Below are positions 59,228-64,000 of a stretch of DNA of 64,000 nucleotides, in pieces. The translations under genes were made by a program, and so were the position numbers. Origin of the DNA: an uncultured Bdellovibrio sp. (GTDB taxonomy: Bacteria; Bdellovibrionota; Bdellovibrionia; Bdellovibrionales; Bdellovibrionaceae). The stretch's first letter is position 1. Every line of letters begins with the position of its first letter. The stretch covers positions 1-64,000 of the forward strand of contig CAWVRN010000007.1 in assembly GCA_963932905.1 (NCBI GenBank), written 5' to 3'. Under the pieces are notes generated by a model, which saw only the letters and a list, made by a program, of their open reading frames with translations, ran no database searches and had not been told where the DNA came from.

Positions 59228-59549
59228 AAAAGCTCCGATAGGTTTAATCATATTCAATCAATCTTCGTGGTCAACAAGGGAATACTTCTATACGCTACTT
59301 GGTCATGCACCACTTAGCTTGTTGGGGCGCTTTCTAGGAAAGAACGGCGAAGCTTCAAACCTCGCCTCTCGTTTCTAGAAATACCATTTATTTCAATGAC
59401 TGTCAGACGAAGTCGAAACCAACAGCGAGAAGTGTCGATCAAATCTAAGTTTATAGAGTTTAAATCTTGCGGAAGGCAGCATCCCTGGCGCACACATTCA
59501 CAAACTAACAGAACCTGACCCAGTTTACAGAATCAGATTACTGAATGAG

Positions 59550-62255
59550 CTAATGTTTTAATTTCTGCGACAGTAAAGTCGCACGGGCTGCTGCCAATCG
59601 CGCAATCGGTACGCGATACGGTGAACAGCTGACGTAGTCCAGCCCGACGCCATTGAAAAATTCAATAGATTCTGGATCACCGCCGTGTTCGCCGCAGATA
59701 CCTACTTTTAATTTAGGTTTTGCTCGACGACCGCCATCGACCCCCATGCGAACCAGGGCGCCGACGCCTTGAGTATCTATCGTTACAAACGGATCTTTCG
59801 GGAACAGACCTTTAGATACGTAAGTACCCAAGAAACGACCAGAATCATCACGTGATAAACCTAACGTTGTCTGAGTCAAATCATTCGTACCGAAACTAAA
59901 GAAATCGGCGTGTTCCGCGATCGCTTCAGACATAACGGCCGCGCGAGGTAATTCGATCATTGTACCGATTAGGTACTGGAACGAAACACCTTTTTCTTTT
60001 TGGACTTTTTGAACTTCTTGATTTGTTAGTTCGCGCAGTTCTTCTAATTCTTTTTCCATTGCGATCAACGGAATCATGATTTCTGGAACAAGCGTTACAC
60101 CATGCTTAACTAAGTCAGCGGCCGCTTCGGCAATTGCGCGGACTTGCATCGCATAGATTTCTGGATATGTGATAGCCAAACGGCAACCACGGTGACCTAG
60201 CATTGGATTAAACTCATGCAAGTTTTTAACTTTCGCATGCAATTTGTTTTCATCCCAACCGATGCGTTTTGATAAATCCTCAATTTCTTTATCTGTGTGA
60301 GGCAAGAATTCATGAAGCGGTGGATCCAGCAAACGAATGGTCACCGGGTAACCTTGCATGATTTTAAATAATTCAGAGAAATCTGCACGCTGCATAGGTA
60401 ACAATTTAGCCAGTGCACGTTCACGCTCCACTTTTGAATCAGCCAAGATCATTTCACGAACCGCATCGATACGATCGGCGCCAAAGAACATATGTTCCGT
60501 ACGGCACAGTCCAATACCTTGCGCACCGAAATCACGTGCTGTTTGCGCATCTTTCGGAGTGTCCGCATTCGCACGAACTTGAAGGCGGCGTTTCTTATCT
60601 GCGATAGCCATGATCGTTTCGAAATATTTATCTAACTTAGGCTCCACTGTTTTAACTTCACCCAAAAACACTTCGCCCGTTCCACCATCAAGCGTGATCA
60701 CATCACCTTTTTTCAGAACGTAGCCTTTTACCTTCATTGTTTCTTGGCGATAATCGACCTCCACTTCACCGCAACCAGCTACACAGCATTTCCCCATACC
60801 ACGCGCCACAACAGCTGCATGTGATGTCATACCTCCACGAGTCGTCAAGATCCCACGCGCGGCTACCATACCCGCGATGTCCTCTGGCGAAGTCTCTATG
60901 CGAACAAGGATAACTTTGTGACCCTTTTCTTTCCACTCAACAGCTTCTTCAGACGAGAACACAATTTGACCATGAACACCGCCGGGGCTGGCTGGCAAGC
61001 CTTTCGCTAACTGAGTTTTGTGAGCTTTAGGATCTAGAGTTGGATGTAATAATTGATCCAAAGACGCCGGATCCACACGAAGTATGGCTTCGTCTTCGTT
61101 GATTAATTTTTCGTTAATCATATCGCATGCGATTCTTAATGAAGCAGCTGCCGTACGTTTGCCATTACGAGTTTGTAGCATCCACAATTTTGATTTCTCG
61201 ATTGTAAATTCGATATCTTGCATATCACGATAGTGTTTCTCTAATTTTTGGTAAATCGCCACCAGTTCAGCAAAGGCCTTCGGCATGATTTCTTCCAAAG
61301 ATTTATGAGCTGTGTCTTTCGCAGACTGAATCGTTAACGGTTGCGGTGTTCTGATACCCGCCACAACGTCTTCACCTTGTGCGTTTACAAGAAATTCACC
61401 GTAAAATAGTTTTTCGCCAGTAGAAGGATCGCGAGTGAATGCAACACCCGTTGCGGAATCATCACCCATGTTACCGAATACCATAGATTGAACATTTACC
61501 GCTGTTCCCCATGAGGCTGGAATATTGTGTAGTTCGCGGTACGTGATGGCGCGTGGAGTATTCCATGAACGGAAAACCGCAGAAACGGCTCCCCACAATT
61601 GTTCCCAAGGATCGGCTGGGAATGCATGACCTGTGATTTGATGTACTAGGTCTTTGAATTTTTTAACCAACTTTTTTAGATCATCGACAGTTAATTCTGT
61701 ATCTAGGTGATATTTCTTTTCTTCTTTCAAATCTTCCAAAGTGACTTCAAGCAATGATGAATTCATACCCATCACTACGTCAGAATACATTTGGATGAAC
61801 CGACGATAGGAATCCCAAGCAAAACGTGGGTTACCTGATGATGCCGCTAAGCCCTCTACTGTTTGATCGTTCAACCCAAGATTCAAAATTGTATCCATCA
61901 TACCCGGCATCGAGGCGCGTGCACCTGAACGTACGGAGAATAGCAGAGGATTTTTTACGTCGCCGAATTTTTTGCCAATTTTGGCTTCCACGCGGTTCAT
62001 GGCTTCGATGACTTTTGGTTTTACCCAGTCAGGTAGAGAGTTATTGTTTTGATTAAAGTGTGTGCAAATCTCTGTGGAAATTGTGAATCCCGGAGGCACC
62101 GGTAATCCCAAGGCTGTCATTTCGGCTAAATTAGCGCCTTTGCCACCCAGGATATTTTTCATCCCTGCATTTCCTTCGGCTTCACCCGCCGAGAAGAAAT
62201 ATACGAATTTTTCTGGAACTCTAAGTGCGCTTTGGTTGCTTTCCGTCGTCTGCAT
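59550..62255 (-). CDS. ppdK: Pyruvate, phosphate dikinase
   Basis: LGGKGANLAEM, SVRSGA..SMPGMMDT, GGMTSHAAVVAR, GLCRTEHMF, FSFGTNDL and GICGEHGG. Confidence 0.98.
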   Translation of the reverse strand: MQTTESNQSALRVPEKFVYFFSAGEAEGNAGMKNILGGKGANLAEMTALGLPVPPGFTISTEICTHFNQNNNSLPDWVKPKVIEAMNRVEAKIGKKFGDVKNPLLFSVRSGARASMPGMMDTILNLGLNDQTVEGLAASSGNPRFAWDSYRRFIQMYSDVVMGMNSSLLEVTLEDLKEEKKYHLDTELTVDDLKKLVKKFKDLVHQITGHAFPADPWEQLWGAVSAVFRSWNTPRAITYRELHNIPASWGTAVNVQSMVFGNMGDDSATGVAFTRDPSTGEKLFYGEFLVNAQGEDVVAGIRTPQPLTIQSAKDTAHKSLEEIMPKAFAELVAIYQKLEKHYRDMQDIEFTIEKSKLWMLQTRNGKRTAAASLRIACDMINEKLINEDEAILRVDPASLDQLLHPTLDPKAHKTQLAKGLPASPGGVHGQIVFSSEEAVEWKEKGHKVILVRIETSPEDIAGMVAARGILTTRGGMTSHAAVVARGMGKCCVAGCGEVEVDYRQETMKVKGYVLKKGDVITLDGGTGEVFLGEVKTVEPKLDKYFETIMAIADKKRRLQVRANADTPKDAQTARDFGAQGIGLCRTEHMFFGADRIDAVREMILADSKVERERALAKLLPMQRADFSELFKIMQGYPVTIRLLDPPLHEFLPHTDKEIEDLSKRIGWDENKLHAKVKNLHEFNPMLGHRGCRLAITYPEIYAMQVRAIAEAAADLVKHGVTLVPEIMIPLIAMEKELEELRELTNQEVQKVQKEKGVSFQYLIGTMIELPRAAVMSEAIAEHADFFSFGTNDLTQTTLGLSRDDSGRFLGTYVSKGLFPKDPFVTIDTQGVGALVRMGVDGGRRAKPKLKVGICGEHGGDPESIEFFNGVGLDYVSCSPYRVPIARLAAARATLLSQKLKH

Positions 62256-62344
62256 GGAATCTGCCCCTTTTTTTGAGAATGATCGTCTACCCGCTCAGAG
62301 GTAGCAATTGGGGGCGAATTAGTCCATCGGAAGTCAGAAATTAA

Positions 62345-62375
62345 CAGGGTGCGCGGTCAAAACTCGGGCACCCTG
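62345..62375 (-). terminator. Probable terminator hairpin after the 62397-63386 gene
   Basis: CAGGGTGC ... GCACCCTG stem about 20 bp past the stop. Confidence 0.55.
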
Positions 62376-62396
62376 AATTTAGCAAAACTAAATACT

Positions 62397-63386
62397 CTAT
62401 TTTACAGCATTGGCGCTGCCCGATTTTATTTCCGCCACCGCATCCGCCACCGTACGACTCCAACCTAGAGCCGCGGCGGCGCGACCGCAGGCGGGTGTTT
62501 CTCGCATTTTATTTTTATAAGCGGCTAATAAATTTTGATTAGCGATTAGTTTTTCATTTTCTTGGTCGTAATTATTACGGCAACTTTCTTGAACCCTATT
62601 TTTTAGCGCTTCATATTTTGCAATGGGGTCTTTCAAAGCGGCTAAGCACTGCTCGTTTTGTGCGATATGCATCGGCAAGGCGCCCGAGCTTTTATCATAT
62701 GTTGACCCTTCGACCTTCATCGTTACGTTCACGGTTGAATTCACGCGTTGGACTTGGGACCAAACAGCATCGGCTTGGGATGACACTTCGCTAACGAACG
62801 CTTCTACCTTACAGCTAACCGCTTTTTCTGCGGCAGCTAGCAAATCGGCGCATTGAGGCTCATTCTTAAGTGCACTGACGGCTTGCTCGTAATTCTGAGT
62901 TTGCTTTTGTTTGTCGTCCGAAGCCTTTAATTTATCAGAACGGCACGAAGCCAAAGCACGATTTAAGAAACCCATTTTCTTTCTAAGATCGCCAGCCGCT
63001 TGACTGGAAGCACAACTTTTATATTTATTTGAACTCTCTGTCGTCGAATAGCCGGATTGAAGAATACGGAAACGATTCCATAAATTGTCGGCTTCAGTAT
63101 TAATTTTTTCAACCTCGCTTGAAACGTTACAACCGGAAACTCCAGAACTTGTCATCGTCGATGCCGTTCTGCCACTAGCAGCCCTGCAACGACTAAATCG
63201 TGGATTGCGTTTACACATATCGACGACAGCGTCATCTAAGTTCAGTTCGGCTCTGATTTTTTCGTTTCCTCTTTTAGCCGATGCCAATCCCGCAACCACA
63301 ACAGCTGCCACAGGAATTACCGCCACTGCAACTGGAAGCAACGACGCTTTAACAGACCCCTTAAAGATCTTACTAAAAAACCCCAT
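62397..63386 (-). CDS. Hypothetical Cys-rich helical protein with amphipathic and hydrophobic N-terminus
   Basis: MGFFSKIFKG then LLPVAVAVIPVAAVVVAGLA; two roughly similar Cys-bounded helical blocks; SD GGTGGGGG. Confidence 0.75.
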   Translation of the reverse strand: MGFFSKIFKGSVKASLLPVAVAVIPVAAVVVAGLASAKRGNEKIRAELNLDDAVVDMCKRNPRFSRCRAASGRTASTMTSSGVSGCNVSSEVEKINTEADNLWNRFRILQSGYSTTESSNKYKSCASSQAAGDLRKKMGFLNRALASCRSDKLKASDDKQKQTQNYEQAVSALKNEPQCADLLAAAEKAVSCKVEAFVSEVSSQADAVWSQVQRVNSTVNVTMKVEGSTYDKSSGALPMHIAQNEQCLAALKDPIAKYEALKNRVQESCRNNYDQENEKLIANQNLLAAYKNKMRETPACGRAAAALGWSRTVADAVAEIKSGSANAVK

Positions 63387-63410
63387 GCTAAATCCCCCAC
63401 CTGATATAAT

Positions 63411-63437
63411 TTATCGGTGTATCGGTTTAATTTTATA
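63411..63437 (-). promoter_or_regulatory. Sigma28/FliA-like promoter candidate
   Basis: Minus strand TATA-N15-ACCGATAA versus consensus TAAA-N15-GCCGATAA, 24 bp upstream of ATG 63386. Confidence 0.5.
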
Positions 63438-63513
63438 GAAGAATTTTCAGTAAAAATTTTAGAATATTGTCGACATTAAACTATGAATGAATACTTTTTT
63501 GTCAGTAGTTTTA

Positions 63514-64000
63514 TTACTCGTGCCTCAAGGCGTCTATCGGGTTTAGTAGCGCTGCTTTACGGGCCGGATACACTCCAAAAACGATACCGATCATGGCCGA
63601 AAAAAAGAAAGACACTAAAACGGATGATAATGAGACATAGGTAGTCCAACCAATCAGCGACGATAAAATCAACGTCAAACTCCATCCCAAAAAGATACCA
63701 AACAAGCCCCCCACGACACTGACTACCAATGATTCAGACAAGAACTGCGACAGTATATCTTTTCGTTTGGCGCCTAAAGCCTTACGTAGACCAATTTCGC
63801 GCGTACGTTCTGTAACTGATACTAACATGATATTCATGATACCAATTCCACCGACAAGTAATGAAATCGTGGCAATAGCCGCCAACAGCAAGGACATGGT
63901 TTCACCGCTTTGCTGCATAGCTTTTTGAATGTCGGCCATATTTCTGATTTGGAAAGCTTCACTTTGTTGAGACAATGGAATTTTGTGCTGATCGGTTAAA
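63514..64000 (-). CDS. MacB/FtsX-family ABC permease, C-terminal part (5' end outside the window)
   Basis: ISLLVGGIGIMNIMLVSVTERTREIGLRKALGA and GVYPARKAA.LNPIDALRHE. Confidence 0.93.
   Translation of the reverse strand, partial: LTDQHKIPLSQQSEAFQIRNMADIQKAMQQSGETMSLLLAAIATISLLVGGIGIMNIMLVSVTERTREIGLRKALGAKRKDILSQFLSESLVVSVVGGLFGIFLGWSLTLILSSLIGWTTYVSLSSVLVSFFFSAMIGIVFGVYPARKAALLNPIDALRHE

Noticed and set aside
59331..59381. Imperfect hairpin TTTCTAGG...GGCGA/TCGCC...CTAGAAA downstream of ppdK
   Set aside because: Too short and lacks the shared A/B motifs; could be a weak terminator or remnant but cannot be called.
336..63438. Numerous 60-135 aa ORFs antisense to or nested in long genes
   Set aside because: Shadow frames of well-supported CDSs with no motifs or translation signals.

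Overview
Chromosomal window from a roughly 40% GC bacterium. The gene content suggests Bdellovibrionota (inference): many signal-peptide hypotheticals, fused ccoNO, zapA-ygfA-rny-tyrS order, L,D-transpeptidase and FecR/TPR proteins. Housekeeping genes are argS, pepN, tyrS, rny, zapA, ftsY, smc and ppdK. Also present are an FNR-type regulator with a cbb3 oxidase cluster (ccoI-S-NO-Q-P-G-DsbD_2), a CHASE2 adenylate cyclase, a degenerate histidine kinase with a receiver, and many secreted enzymes or unknowns. Main observations: (1) a compact operon encoding a PigC/TamQ/RPH-like PEP-utilising enzyme, a TamH-like transaminase-reductase fusion and a methyltransferase, with no pyrrole genes visible, so a possible new fatty-amine pathway; (2) two ~120-bp intergenic hairpins that share internal motifs, where third-codon-position composition of the flanking genes flips sharply; (3) a recurrent GTMTCA-N3-TGADAC palindrome, twice next to sigma54-like promoters; (4) a NADAR protein with a signal peptide. 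No rRNA, tRNA, CRISPR array or transposase was recognised. All calls come from reading motifs by eye; no database searches were run.
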